Shown in pieces: positions 44,790 to 53,924 of a stretch of 60,201 bases of DNA (the stretch's first letter is position 1; every line of letters starts with the position of its first letter). The translations under genes and the position numbers were made by a program. The notes beneath the pieces are model-generated. The model had not been told where the DNA came from. It searched no databases and saw nothing but the letters and a program-made list of their open reading frames with translations. Source of the DNA: an uncultured bacterium (lineage in GTDB: Bacteria > JAAXHH01). The stretch covers positions 1 to 60,201 of the forward strand of contig CAJXCW010000003.1 of assembly GCA_913051705.1 (NCBI GenBank), given 5' to 3'.

Positions 44790-45572
44790 CTACATCCCTT
44801 CCAACGCCTTCTGAAACCCTTCCCCCTGTGTCTTCCAATACTGATGCAGAATACTGACGTCGGTTCCTACACAAAAATGTTTGACGCCTAAATCCAGGTA
44901 ATATTTGGCATCATCGATGCTATTCAGCTCCGCCCGTGGCTGAATGCCTGCGGCCAGGGATTTCTCTATAACCATCTTCTCGACGGGTTTAATGGCTGTC
45001 CACTGGCCAATTTTCCCGGTGCTAACCGAATAATCCGAAGGGCCCCACTGAATTATATCGATGCCTTCAATCTCCAGGATTTCGTCGAGTTGATCGACGG
45101 CGGTACCTTTCTCTATCATGACGGCCACGACGATCTCATTGAGGGCGTCGATATAATCCTGACCTCCGCCATATCCCATATAGGAAAACCGGCGGGTGGC
45201 TACCCCATAACTCCCTCCCGATCCGGGTGTATCAGGGCGGCAGATCTTCACACATTCACGAAAATCGTCCGGGGTGCGGCAGTCTGCGAACAGGACACTC
45301 TGAAATCCTGAGCCGATGGCCCGCTGTGCCAGGAATCCCCGAGGCTCCTGGTCCACTTTTATCATCATTCCCATATTGTACAGATCGGCTGCCCTGCCGA
45401 GATTATCGAGATCGTGCAGGTCATAGGGGCCATATTCGCCGACAAATTCTACATAATCATACAGACCCGTATGACCGATGACCTCTACAATCGAGGGCCA
45501 GACCGTATGGATGTGTGTCGCGATAGACGGTTTGCCGTCGTTCAAGATGTTTCTTAATCGGTTTTCCCGCAT
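44790..45572 (-). CDS. HpcH/HpaI-family aldolase (2-keto-3-deoxy-sugar-acid / 2,4-dihydroxyhept-2-enedioate aldolase-like)
   Basis: 260 aa. A TIM-barrel class II aldolase pattern with conserved Arg/Asp positions. Confidence 0.7.
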   Translation of the reverse strand: MRENRLRNILNDGKPSIATHIHTVWPSIVEVIGHTGLYDYVEFVGEYGPYDLHDLDNLGRAADLYNMGMMIKVDQEPRGFLAQRAIGSGFQSVLFADCRTPDDFRECVKICRPDTPGSGGSYGVATRRFSYMGYGGGQDYIDALNEIVVAVMIEKGTAVDQLDEILEIEGIDIIQWGPSDYSVSTGKIGQWTAIKPVEKMVIEKSLAAGIQPRAELNSIDDAKYYLDLGVKHFCVGTDVSILHQYWKTQGEGFQKALEGM

Positions 45573-45595
45573 TACCTATTATCCTATAGAAAAAA

Positions 45596-45621
45596 CTGAT
45601 GTTACGCACGCATAACATCAG
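45596..45621. terminator. REP-like palindrome, family A, acting as an intrinsic terminator for the minus-strand RraA-like gene
   Basis: CTGATGTTACGC-acgc-ATAACATCAG, preceded on the plus strand by AAAAAA (a T-run on the minus strand). A (GTACAAA/GCACAAA) heptamer array lies adjacent at 45684-45709. Confidence 0.65.
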
Positions 45622-45722
45622 TTAGAGAATTTAAGCTTTATCCGTTTTCCATAATCATTAGTTCATGGGGCGAAGCCCTCAAAGTACAAAGCACAAAGTA
45701 CAAAGCACCATTAAATTAAATT

Positions 45723-46529
45723 TTACTGCGTCCCACGCCAGTCGTCGAATTCAGCCTTCATTCCGGGGGTCCACTCACGATCTATTTCGCCGGGTGTATA
45801 GGCGCCGTTTCGCAACTGTAAATGGCCCCATTCGTCCCGCTGACGGGTATCTTCCGATTCTACGACCACCTGTTCCGCAAGATGGGCCGGGATAAAAATA
45901 ATGCCTTCGCGGGTTCCCAGGACGATGTCTCCGGGGACACAGGTCGCCTCCTTGCCGATGCGCACAGGGATATTGATACCGAGCAGCGTGACCTCTGCTA
46001 TGGCCGTAGGATCTACCCCACGTATATAAGAGGCCATAGGAATTTCATAACAACGCTGCAAATCCCGAATGCCCCCTTCGATGACCATGCCGGTCCCTGT
46101 TTTGGCGTAGATTGAATTACCCAGATTGTCCCCGGCATAGGTACCGAATTTTATTTTCCCGAATATGTCGATGACGATCACATCGTTTTGCTCAAGCGCA
46201 TCGATCACCCATGAGTTCTGACCCCCGATACAGCCCTGTGTCTTACCCTGTGCGTTAATCACAGCATCTATATCCGGTCGTGCAGGTATAAACATCCCCG
46301 TAACCGCCCTGCCGACCAGCGTTCGGTCCGGATGCAGGATCATCCATTCACCGGCAAATTGATTCCGATATCCGTGCCCGCCGATGGTGCCCCACGCTTC
46401 CTCGATCGTAACTTTTTTCATCCGGTCCAGAATATCATCCGGCACTTTAGGACGCCCGTCGTCAGACCGTTCCCCGGTCCAGTCCGATGTAATAGACCGG
46501 ATAAATTCCGGATCATTGAGTCCAATCAT
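45723..46529 (-). CDS. RraA-like / 4-hydroxy-4-methyl-2-oxoglutarate aldolase (class II aldolase, demethylmenaquinone methyltransferase-like fold)
   Basis: ...GDIVLGTREGIIFIP... is the RraA-family motif. Start re-placed at MIGLND, with a GGAG SD 7 nt upstream. Confidence 0.7.
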   Translation of the reverse strand: MIGLNDPEFIRSITSDWTGERSDDGRPKVPDDILDRMKKVTIEEAWGTIGGHGYRNQFAGEWMILHPDRTLVGRAVTGMFIPARPDIDAVINAQGKTQGCIGGQNSWVIDALEQNDVIVIDIFGKIKFGTYAGDNLGNSIYAKTGTGMVIEGGIRDLQRCYEIPMASYIRGVDPTAIAEVTLLGINIPVRIGKEATCVPGDIVLGTREGIIFIPAHLAEQVVVESEDTRQRDEWGHLQLRNGAYTPGEIDREWTPGMKAEFDDWRGTQ

Positions 46530-46832
46530 GCACCACTCCTTATGTAGTTGCTCCATTAAGTAGATCGCGACGTCCCAATAGGACTTATGAATTTGTCAGC
46601 GCCGGTGTTATCGCATCAAGCCGCATGAAAAGTCACTGGACCTATTGTACCTACGGGATACAATAGGCAGCCTTCGCCGTGGTGACGATCTTTCTTGGCG
46701 CGACATCTGCTCAGAAATAACGCTAAACACATACTACAGGACGTTGCGACCCCTTCGCCGTTTCGTAGGTGGATGACTCCCTAAGGGAGCACATCGATTG
46801 CTTCGCAATTCGTAGCTTCGTTGTTTCCCCAT

Positions 46833-47648
46833 CTATCTGGGTGCCAGCGTACCCACATCAATAAACGGCATAGCCCCACCGATCACCTGTGGGAAATGAC
46901 CATCCCATTTCTCAATGGCGCGCAACTGTAAAATCGTCGGCGTGATGGTCTGCCGCACGAGACGTTGTGCTTCTGCTTCTGCTTCGGCCGTCGCGACCCT
47001 CTGCTGCGCTTCAATCTTAATACGATCCAGATCGCGTTCCGCTTTTAATGCGGCTTGTTCTGCGGTCTGCTTGGCTTCGATGGCATTGTTGAATGTGGAG
47101 GAGAATGAAAAATCGATGATATTGAATTCATCAACCAAAACATTGAACGCAATCAGGCGGGTTGTGAGCGTTGATTTGATCTCATCTCTTACTTCCTGAC
47201 GCTTGGTAATTAACTCTTCAGCGGTAAACGCCGCGGCAACGGCCTTAACGGATTCCTGAATGGACGGATCGATGATGCGTGTTTTAAAAAATATTCCGAT
47301 TTCCTGATAAATGACATTGACCTTTTCCGGATCAATATGATAGTTCAATGCAATGGTAGACGAGACGTTCTGGAGATCTTTGGTAGACGCTGTGGTGCTT
47401 GTTTCCGTCTTTTGCGTTTTGACATCCATCATTATGATATCTTCTACAAACGGTATTTTAAACTGAATGCCCTCGTCGAGTATCCGGTCCTGGATACCGC
47501 CAAAACGGCTGAATACGACGCCTCGCTCACCGGCGCCGATGGTCGAATATGAGTTAAACAAAATAAGAAGGGCGACTATGCCGATGGCAATTTTCACTAC
47601 CGGCAGGTTGCCGATGGGTAGCTGTTCACGAATATCAAATTCTGACAT
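46833..47648 (-). CDS. SPFH/band-7 domain protein (stomatin/prohibitin/HflC-like), N-terminal membrane anchor
   Basis: SPFH domain and a coiled-coil Ala/Glu-rich C-terminus. Start at MSEFDIR, with a GGGGGA SD. Confidence 0.8.
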   Translation of the reverse strand: MSEFDIREQLPIGNLPVVKIAIGIVALLILFNSYSTIGAGERGVVFSRFGGIQDRILDEGIQFKIPFVEDIIMMDVKTQKTETSTTASTKDLQNVSSTIALNYHIDPEKVNVIYQEIGIFFKTRIIDPSIQESVKAVAAAFTAEELITKRQEVRDEIKSTLTTRLIAFNVLVDEFNIIDFSFSSTFNNAIEAKQTAEQAALKAERDLDRIKIEAQQRVATAEAEAEAQRLVRQTITPTILQLRAIEKWDGHFPQVIGGAMPFIDVGTLAPR

Positions 47649-47740
47649 GATGGTTCCCCCAGGTATTTCATTGGTGAATGGTGATTGGTGATTAACTGAT
47701 GTTACCTTTAACGAAGTACAAAACACAAAATACAAAGCAC

Positions 47741-47765
47741 GTTACGCGACCTTTGCGTAACATCA
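47741..47765. terminator. REP-like palindrome, family A, followed (on the minus strand) by T-rich (TTTGTAC)n heptamers, an intrinsic terminator candidate
   Basis: GTTACGC-gaccttt-GCGTAAC. The adjacent 47716-47740 is GTACAAAACACAAAATACAAAGCAC. Confidence 0.6.
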
Positions 47766-48791
47766 TTCATGAATGGTGATCAACGTCTTTAGTGAATCCC
47801 TGGCCGCTGCCGTCACTTGAATCCCTTTTTCCGTCTCCTCGATCGGAAAACGATGGGTGACGACCTGATCAGCCGTGATGACGCCTGATGTAATCAGATC
47901 CAGCGCCATACGGGTATCATTCGGCCCACATGAATAACTGCAAACGATGGAAATTTCATCGAAGTAAATATCGAACGGTTTAAACGAAAGGACGGCATCC
48001 TCAGGCGAAGACATGAAAAACAGGACCGTCCCGCCCTTACCGGCACAGGTCAATCCTGAATTCATCGCGGGCACACTGCCCGGCCCTACAATGACGACAT
48101 CCGCTTTAAACCCATCCGTCAACTTTTCTACAGCCTTCGTGAGATCCTCCTGTTCAACATGGACCACATGATCCATACCCAATTCCAGAGCTTTGTCAAG
48201 ACGGTAAGGAACCATGTCGGCCCCAATGATGGTTTTGGCGCCGTAATGTCGCGCGACCATCCCATTTAACTGGCCCATAAATCCCAGACCGATGATTAAG
48301 ACTACATCGCCTGGACGAATATTCACTTTTTCAATCGCTTTAACAGAACAGGCTACGGGTTCGATCAACGTGCCATCGTCAAGAGATACCGAATCAGGCA
48401 AGATCAAGGTATCATATCGAAGATTTATTTCAGGCACACGAACATATTCCGCGATGCCCCCCGGATCAAGATGTGTTTTTTTCCAGGTGGCGCACAGCGT
48501 AAAATTGCCGCGCCTGCAATGACGGCACCGATAACAGGGGGCATGGTGATGTATAAAAACCCGGTCGCCAATCGACAGGCTTCCTACTTCATCTCCGAGT
48601 GCCTCAATGATCCCGGCCGGTTCATGGCCGACGACGATCGGCGCTTTACGGCGAATATACCAGGGGGTCACGTCCCCACTGCATATCCCGCACCGATACA
48701 TTTTCACCAGCGCATCACGAGGACCGATTTCAGGAATCGGTAGATCCTCAATTCTTATATCGTCCATATCATAAATCTTCGCTGCTTTCAT
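47763..48791 (-). CDS. Zinc-dependent medium-chain alcohol/polyol dehydrogenase (MDR family; sorbitol/threonine-DH-like)
   Basis: Catalytic Zn Cys/His (CGICSGD), structural Zn CxxCxxCxxxxxxxC (CYRCRHCRRGNFTLC), and the GLGFMGQ Rossmann motif. Confidence 0.85.
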   Translation of the reverse strand: MKAAKIYDMDDIRIEDLPIPEIGPRDALVKMYRCGICSGDVTPWYIRRKAPIVVGHEPAGIIEALGDEVGSLSIGDRVFIHHHAPCYRCRHCRRGNFTLCATWKKTHLDPGGIAEYVRVPEINLRYDTLILPDSVSLDDGTLIEPVACSVKAIEKVNIRPGDVVLIIGLGFMGQLNGMVARHYGAKTIIGADMVPYRLDKALELGMDHVVHVEQEDLTKAVEKLTDGFKADVVIVGPGSVPAMNSGLTCAGKGGTVLFFMSSPEDAVLSFKPFDIYFDEISIVCSYSCGPNDTRMALDLITSGVITADQVVTHRFPIEETEKGIQVTAAARDSLKTLITIHE

Positions 48792-48803
48792 ATCAACCTT
48801 TCA

Positions 48804-49838
48804 TTACGCCGATTCAGGCAGGATGGCATATTTTATACAATCCTGGGTCATCAAATCCTGAAAAACAGCGGATATATCTTTTAATCTGCGATCCGCAGTA
48901 ATCAACGGCGACACATCAAGATGTTTTTCTACAAGCAGATTATATGCCTGTTTCACAGCCGAAGGCGTAAAATGGAATACGCCTTTTAATGTAATTTGAT
49001 CATAATGTAACCTGTCGGCATCATAGGTGACTTTTGATCCGCCGGGACACCCCCCGAATAAGATGACATGTCCCCCTCTGCTGACCATCTCTACCGATTC
49101 TTCCCAAACAGATGGTTGGCCCGTACACTCGAAAACAAGCGGGGCGCCGAGTCCGTCTGTTGCATCCTTGATCACTTCGACAGCATCGGTGGCTGCACTA
49201 TTGACGACCAAATCCGCGCCGATCTGTTCAGCCAGCTTCAACCGGTAGTCCCGATGCCCTGAAACGATAACCCGTTTAATACCCAAGGATTTAAGGACGA
49301 GAACATGTAACAGCCCGATGGCGCCGGCGCCGATCACAACGGCTGTATCCACGGACTTCACACGAATCTGATTTATGCCATAGACCACACAGGCAAGGGG
49401 TTCCAGCATCGCAGCCTCACGAAAAGACAGGTTTGCCGGTTTAGGAAACATATTGGTTTTGACGATGACAGCCGGGATTAGGATATATTCTGCATACGCA
49501 CCGAGAATTTTCGAGTCCATCATGTGCGGACATAGATTTTCCAACCGCCGCCGGCAATAGACACACTTCCCGCAGGGCGCGGTATGGACAGACATCACAG
49601 CCGCCCCCGGATAAAAAAGGTCTACCTTGTCCCCTTTTTCCACGATCTCCCCGGCAAACTCATGACCGAACACGGTCGGCATCGGCATTAATCTATGGCC
49701 TTGGCGAAAGGCTTTCAAATCCGTGCCGCAGGTCAAAGCGGATTTTATTTTTATGACCACCTCATCTGGACCTGGATGTGGGAGGTCGATTTCCTGTAAT
49801 TCAAGAACCCCGGGTTTGACAAGAATACTCGCCAGCAT
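48804..49838 (-). CDS. Zinc-dependent medium-chain alcohol dehydrogenase (MDR family), second paralog
   Basis: CGTDLKAF..., structural Zn CGKCVYCRRRLENLC, and the GAGAIGLL Rossmann motif. Confidence 0.85.
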   Translation of the reverse strand: MLASILVKPGVLELQEIDLPHPGPDEVVIKIKSALTCGTDLKAFRQGHRLMPMPTVFGHEFAGEIVEKGDKVDLFYPGAAVMSVHTAPCGKCVYCRRRLENLCPHMMDSKILGAYAEYILIPAVIVKTNMFPKPANLSFREAAMLEPLACVVYGINQIRVKSVDTAVVIGAGAIGLLHVLVLKSLGIKRVIVSGHRDYRLKLAEQIGADLVVNSAATDAVEVIKDATDGLGAPLVFECTGQPSVWEESVEMVSRGGHVILFGGCPGGSKVTYDADRLHYDQITLKGVFHFTPSAVKQAYNLLVEKHLDVSPLITADRRLKDISAVFQDLMTQDCIKYAILPESA

Positions 49839-50007
49839 ATGATATCAATTTATGAATTATGAATTAAATTAAAACCAAATTCATTGGTCATACCAGGTTG
49901 CCTGCATTCAATACATTGTAATCTGATGACAATGATAGGTTTGGCTAAGTACTCCGTATCGCAAATAAAGTGCCATATCATAGTACCCAACAAAAGTTGA
50001 AAAGACG

Positions 50008-50105
50008 GTCATCCCCGCAGGCTTTAAGCGGGGATCCATAGCTTGGAAAGGCTGGATGTCCGCCGTTCGCGGCGCAGAAGCCCGCTTAAAGCCTGCGGGA
50101 ATGAC
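50008..50105. repeat. REP-like element, family B, composite two-hairpin copy
   Basis: GTCATCCCCGCAGGCTTTAAGCGGGGATCC...GGATGTCCGCCGTTCGCGGCGCAGAAG-CCCGCTTAAAGCCTGCGGGAATGAC. Confidence 0.8.
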
Positions 50106-50331
50106 GATTCTATTTACTCTGTTGTACCTCGATGATACGTCACATTAATTGTGAAATGGGGTACTAAGTCCTTTAGCGCTGCCTACTATAGCCCCTGTAA
50201 TCTATGTGAGGATCATGACCTTAGCAACTTTTTTTACATGGAACAGGATATTTTAGAAATCCGTTGCCCTATGTGGATAGATCAATGTATTTTATAGCAC
50301 TTCCAGTTACCCATATTTCAAGGGGATTTCC

Positions 50332-52032
50332 ATGATACGTTCTGGTTTGATAGGCCTCAGCTTTTTGCTGATGACAGGTTTTAATCTGTCATCAGCTCCT
50401 TTGAAAAATACGGTAGGACGGATGTTGCCTGATGATGCCGCGCCACTGGACAAGCAGGTTTACAGGTATTTAAGTTTTGAACCGGCCTCGTTGGATATCG
50501 GCCTATCCCTGTATCAATCCAGTGAGAGCGAGTTTTTATTTGAACGGCTGTGTATGCTGGATTATAACAACGATCTGATTCCGGGCGCCGCAGATCGGTG
50601 GGATGTTTCTGATGATGGGCTGACCTGGACATTTTATTTGCGCAAGAATGCGCGATGGAGTGATGGCCGTCCTGTTACGGCGCATGATTTTGAATACAGC
50701 TTTAAACGGTTCCTTCATCCCGATAACGGGAATGTATATGCCGCTTTTTATTTTGATATAAAAGGCGCGCAGGCACATATAAATCGGCAGAATATGGATC
50801 CGACCTCTGTGGGTGTATCTGCTGTAGATGATTATACCTTGAAAATTGATACGGAAGCACCATGTGCTTATCTGCCTTACATCCTGGCCTATCCGACTTC
50901 TTCCCCTGCCCCGCGCTGGCAAATAGAAAAATACGGGTTGAAATGGACCGAACCGGGGCGCTGCGTCAGTAACGCAAGTTACCAGCTGGAATCATGGGAT
51001 ATAGGTCAAAGCATGTCGTTTAGCCTGAATCCTTATTACAATGGGCACATTAAGGGCTACCTGGAGCGCATTGTACGAGGATTTACAGAAGGGGGAAGAA
51101 GCACGGGAGACATCGGGCTCCTGGCGTATGAAAACGATGAAATTGATATGGCCCAGGTGTATCCGATGGATTTAGGCCGCATAGAAGCCCATCCGGCGAT
51201 GAGAAATGAGCTGGCCATCTTTCCAAGATATATGACAACCTACCTTTTCTTTAAAACTCAGACCCCACCGTTTAATGACATTCGGGTAAGACAGGCGCTC
51301 AGTCATGCCATCGACAGAGAGCGTCTGACCAGAACCGTACTCCGCCGAATCGCCGTACCGGCCTATACGATGATGCCGCCCGGGTTTCCTGGTTACGTCG
51401 GCGATAAACATCAGGATATTCAGCGGTACGATCCCGTGCGGGCAAAAGCTTTACTTGCTGAAGCCGGATATCCGGGAGGACGAGGATTTCCGAAATTGGA
51501 TCTGTGGTCGGTCAACACCCGCAGGATTCCTGCTAATACGGTGTCCCAGGCGATCCAGGGTATGATACAGGAGTCCCTCGGCATCAATTTCAATATACGA
51601 ATCGGCGAAAGTCGGTCGTACCGCGAGGCCATGTATAACTGGTCGTTACCGATCAGTATCGGCACGTTCGATTACGATTTTCCCGATCCGCATAGTTTGC
51701 TGGGCATGGTGTGGCGCTCGAAGCCAAAGGGCATCGGGCGGCAGGACTGGACGAATCCATCCTTCGACAAATTGATCGATCAGGCCAGCAGAACGCTGGA
51801 AGCGAAAGCCCGGTTTACGATGTATGATGAAGCCGAACGAATCCTTGCTGAAGATGTAGGCGGCGCCTTCCTGTTTCATAGTAATGCCGTCCATGTCAGG
51901 AAACCATGGGTAGGGGGCTATCCGGAAGACCGACTGGGCTATCGACCGTTCTATCATAATAATTCTTCCTGGTCTGACATTTATATCAATAATAAAGTGT
52001 CCACTCGTCGTGGCTTCGGACTGAACAATTAG
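50332..52032 (+). CDS. ABC transporter substrate-binding protein, family 5, Sec signal
   Basis: Signal peptide, SBP_bac_5 core, 566 aa. AAGGGGA SD. Confidence 0.85.
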   Translation: MIRSGLIGLSFLLMTGFNLSSAPLKNTVGRMLPDDAAPLDKQVYRYLSFEPASLDIGLSLYQSSESEFLFERLCMLDYNNDLIPGAADRWDVSDDGLTWTFYLRKNARWSDGRPVTAHDFEYSFKRFLHPDNGNVYAAFYFDIKGAQAHINRQNMDPTSVGVSAVDDYTLKIDTEAPCAYLPYILAYPTSSPAPRWQIEKYGLKWTEPGRCVSNASYQLESWDIGQSMSFSLNPYYNGHIKGYLERIVRGFTEGGRSTGDIGLLAYENDEIDMAQVYPMDLGRIEAHPAMRNELAIFPRYMTTYLFFKTQTPPFNDIRVRQALSHAIDRERLTRTVLRRIAVPAYTMMPPGFPGYVGDKHQDIQRYDPVRAKALLAEAGYPGGRGFPKLDLWSVNTRRIPANTVSQAIQGMIQESLGINFNIRIGESRSYREAMYNWSLPISIGTFDYDFPDPHSLLGMVWRSKPKGIGRQDWTNPSFDKLIDQASRTLEAKARFTMYDEAERILAEDVGGAFLFHSNAVHVRKPWVGGYPEDRLGYRPFYHNNSSWSDIYINNKVSTRRGFGLNN

Positions 52033-52040
52033 GCCAAAAA

Positions 52041-52171
52041 CTGATGTTACGCGCAAGACCTTATATAGCCCGCAGGAGCGAGCTCCTACCCATCAAACGC
52101 CCGCCTATCGTGGCAGGAGCTCGCTCCTGCGAGCGATATAAGGCATAAATACATTGACTGCGTATCATCAG
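52041..52171. repeat. Composite element: REP-A arms (CTGATGTTACGC / GCGTATCATCAG) enclosing MITE-like inverted-repeat copy 2
   Basis: Outer arms at 52041-52052 and 52160-52171. Inner 32-bp inverted repeats CCTTATATAGCCCGCAGGAGCGAGCTCCTACC / GGCAGGAGCTCGCTCCTGCGAGCGATATAAGG. The central segment is the reverse complement of the central segment of the 43090-43170 copy. Confidence 0.75.
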
Positions 52172-52192
52172 TTAATAAAAGGACTATCATTT

Positions 52193-53875
52193 ATGAACAT
52201 CCATTTAAACCTGTGCGTACTCTATATACTGGCCATGAGTGTGAATTGTTCGTCGGAAGGCCCCATCGAAGAAGTTGAGACGGGCAGAGTAAACACCGTC
52301 GGACGATTACTACCGGAGGATGCCGCCCCATTGAGCCGTCAGGTATTTCGGTATATGTTCCGAGAGCCGTCTACCCTGGATATCAGCGTGGCGGCCTATG
52401 ATGCGGATGGGACATATTTTGCATTTGAAAGACTCTTACTATTAGACGAAAATAATGAGCTGTCGCCCGCCGCGGCAGACCGATGGGAATCGTCGGATGA
52501 TGGCACGGTCTGGACCTTCCACATGCGCCATGGGGCGAAATGGAGCGATGGAAGACCCGTTACGGCCCTCGACTTTGAGTATTCCTTTCGACGCATGCTC
52601 GATCCGGCAAGCGGAAATATATACGCCTTTTTATATTATGTGATAAAAAACGGCAGGGCCTATAACCAGGGCGAAATCAAAGACATCGAGCAGGTGGGGA
52701 TACGAGCTATTGATGAGGAAACCTTTCAGATCGAGACGGAAGGCCCCTGTCCCTATTTACCCTATATTGTCTCGTTTATTACCTCCTCGCCGGTACCCCG
52801 ATGGCAGGTTGAAAAATTTGATCGCAAGTGGACGGAACCGGAAAATTGTGTCAGCAATTTCACCTATAAGCTGGCGGAATGGCGAGTGGGGCTGGATATG
52901 ACCTTCGCCCTGGATCCTTATTATAATGGTCCGCATAAAGCCCTGCTGGAAAAAATCGTCGTTAAATTTATCAGCAGCCAACGACCGGGTACATTGCCCT
53001 ATGAAAATGGCGAAGTCGATGCCTATGATCTCGATCCGCTGGACTATGCGAGGGTAAAGAAAGAGGACGCCCTGAATGCCCAGATCTTTCGCATGCAGGA
53101 GTTTACGACCTGGTATATCTTCTTCAAAACGGAGCAGGCGCCTTTCAACGACCTGCGGGTTCGGCAGGCCATCGCTCATGCGATTGACCGGGAGGCCTTG
53201 TGCGCGACGGTGTTGAACGAGCTGGCTGTGCCGGCATACTCCATGCTGCCGCCCGGTTTTCCAGGGTATACGGGCGATCAGCTGAAAGATTTGCAGGCGT
53301 ATAATCCGGCGCAGGCCAGGCAACTGCTCGCTGAGGCAGGATATCCGGGCGGAAGAGGTTTTCCCAGAACCGATCTGTGGCTCAGAGTCGCTGATACGAG
53401 TATAAACAAGGTGGCGGGGGAAGCGCTGCAAGCCATGCTCAAAGAAACGCTGGGCATAGAGATTAACATTTTATATCAGCAAAGAAAGATTTATAACGAC
53501 AACCTCTTTCAATGGCAGATCCCTATGGGCATGCTGGTATTCGCCTACGATTATCCTGATCCCTCAAATATGCTCGGCCTGTTGTGGCGTTCTCAACCCA
53601 AAGGCTATGCCCGGCATGATTGGAATAATACAACCTTTAATGATCTGCTTGACCGGGCAAACACGGAGATGGGTGACGAACGCTATCCCTTATATGCCCA
53701 GGCGGAACGCATTCTCGCCGAAGAAGCGGCTGCCGTATTCCTCTTTCATCCCATCGTGACCGAATTGAGGAAACCGTATATACGCGGCATAAAGCGGGAT
53801 AGAAATGGTCGGTACGTCCCCCTGGTATCCATTCAAACGGTCAATTTTACGGATCTATATATCGCGGATAACTGA
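52193..53875 (+). CDS. ABC transporter substrate-binding protein, family 5 (lipoprotein-like signal)
   Basis: SBP_bac_5 core. Start placed at MNIHLN (52193), downstream of the repeat element, rather than at 52154 inside it. Confidence 0.85.
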   Translation: MNIHLNLCVLYILAMSVNCSSEGPIEEVETGRVNTVGRLLPEDAAPLSRQVFRYMFREPSTLDISVAAYDADGTYFAFERLLLLDENNELSPAAADRWESSDDGTVWTFHMRHGAKWSDGRPVTALDFEYSFRRMLDPASGNIYAFLYYVIKNGRAYNQGEIKDIEQVGIRAIDEETFQIETEGPCPYLPYIVSFITSSPVPRWQVEKFDRKWTEPENCVSNFTYKLAEWRVGLDMTFALDPYYNGPHKALLEKIVVKFISSQRPGTLPYENGEVDAYDLDPLDYARVKKEDALNAQIFRMQEFTTWYIFFKTEQAPFNDLRVRQAIAHAIDREALCATVLNELAVPAYSMLPPGFPGYTGDQLKDLQAYNPAQARQLLAEAGYPGGRGFPRTDLWLRVADTSINKVAGEALQAMLKETLGIEINILYQQRKIYNDNLFQWQIPMGMLVFAYDYPDPSNMLGLLWRSQPKGYARHDWNNTTFNDLLDRANTEMGDERYPLYAQAERILAEEAAAVFLFHPIVTELRKPYIRGIKRDRNGRYVPLVSIQTVNFTDLYIADN

Positions 53876-53882
53876 AATGCTT

Positions 53883-53909
53883 GATGTTACGCAGTCATGG
53901 CGTAACATC
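53883..53909. repeat. REP-like palindrome, family A (perfect 10-bp stem)
   Basis: GATGTTACGC-agtcatg-GCGTAACATC, between the SBP stop and the DadA-like start. Confidence 0.8.
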
Positions 53910-53924
53910 AAGCCTGGAGACCCC

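Noticed and set aside
52757-53431. 224-aa minus-strand ORF
   Set aside because: Antisense to the SBP gene 52193-53875. No supporting signals.
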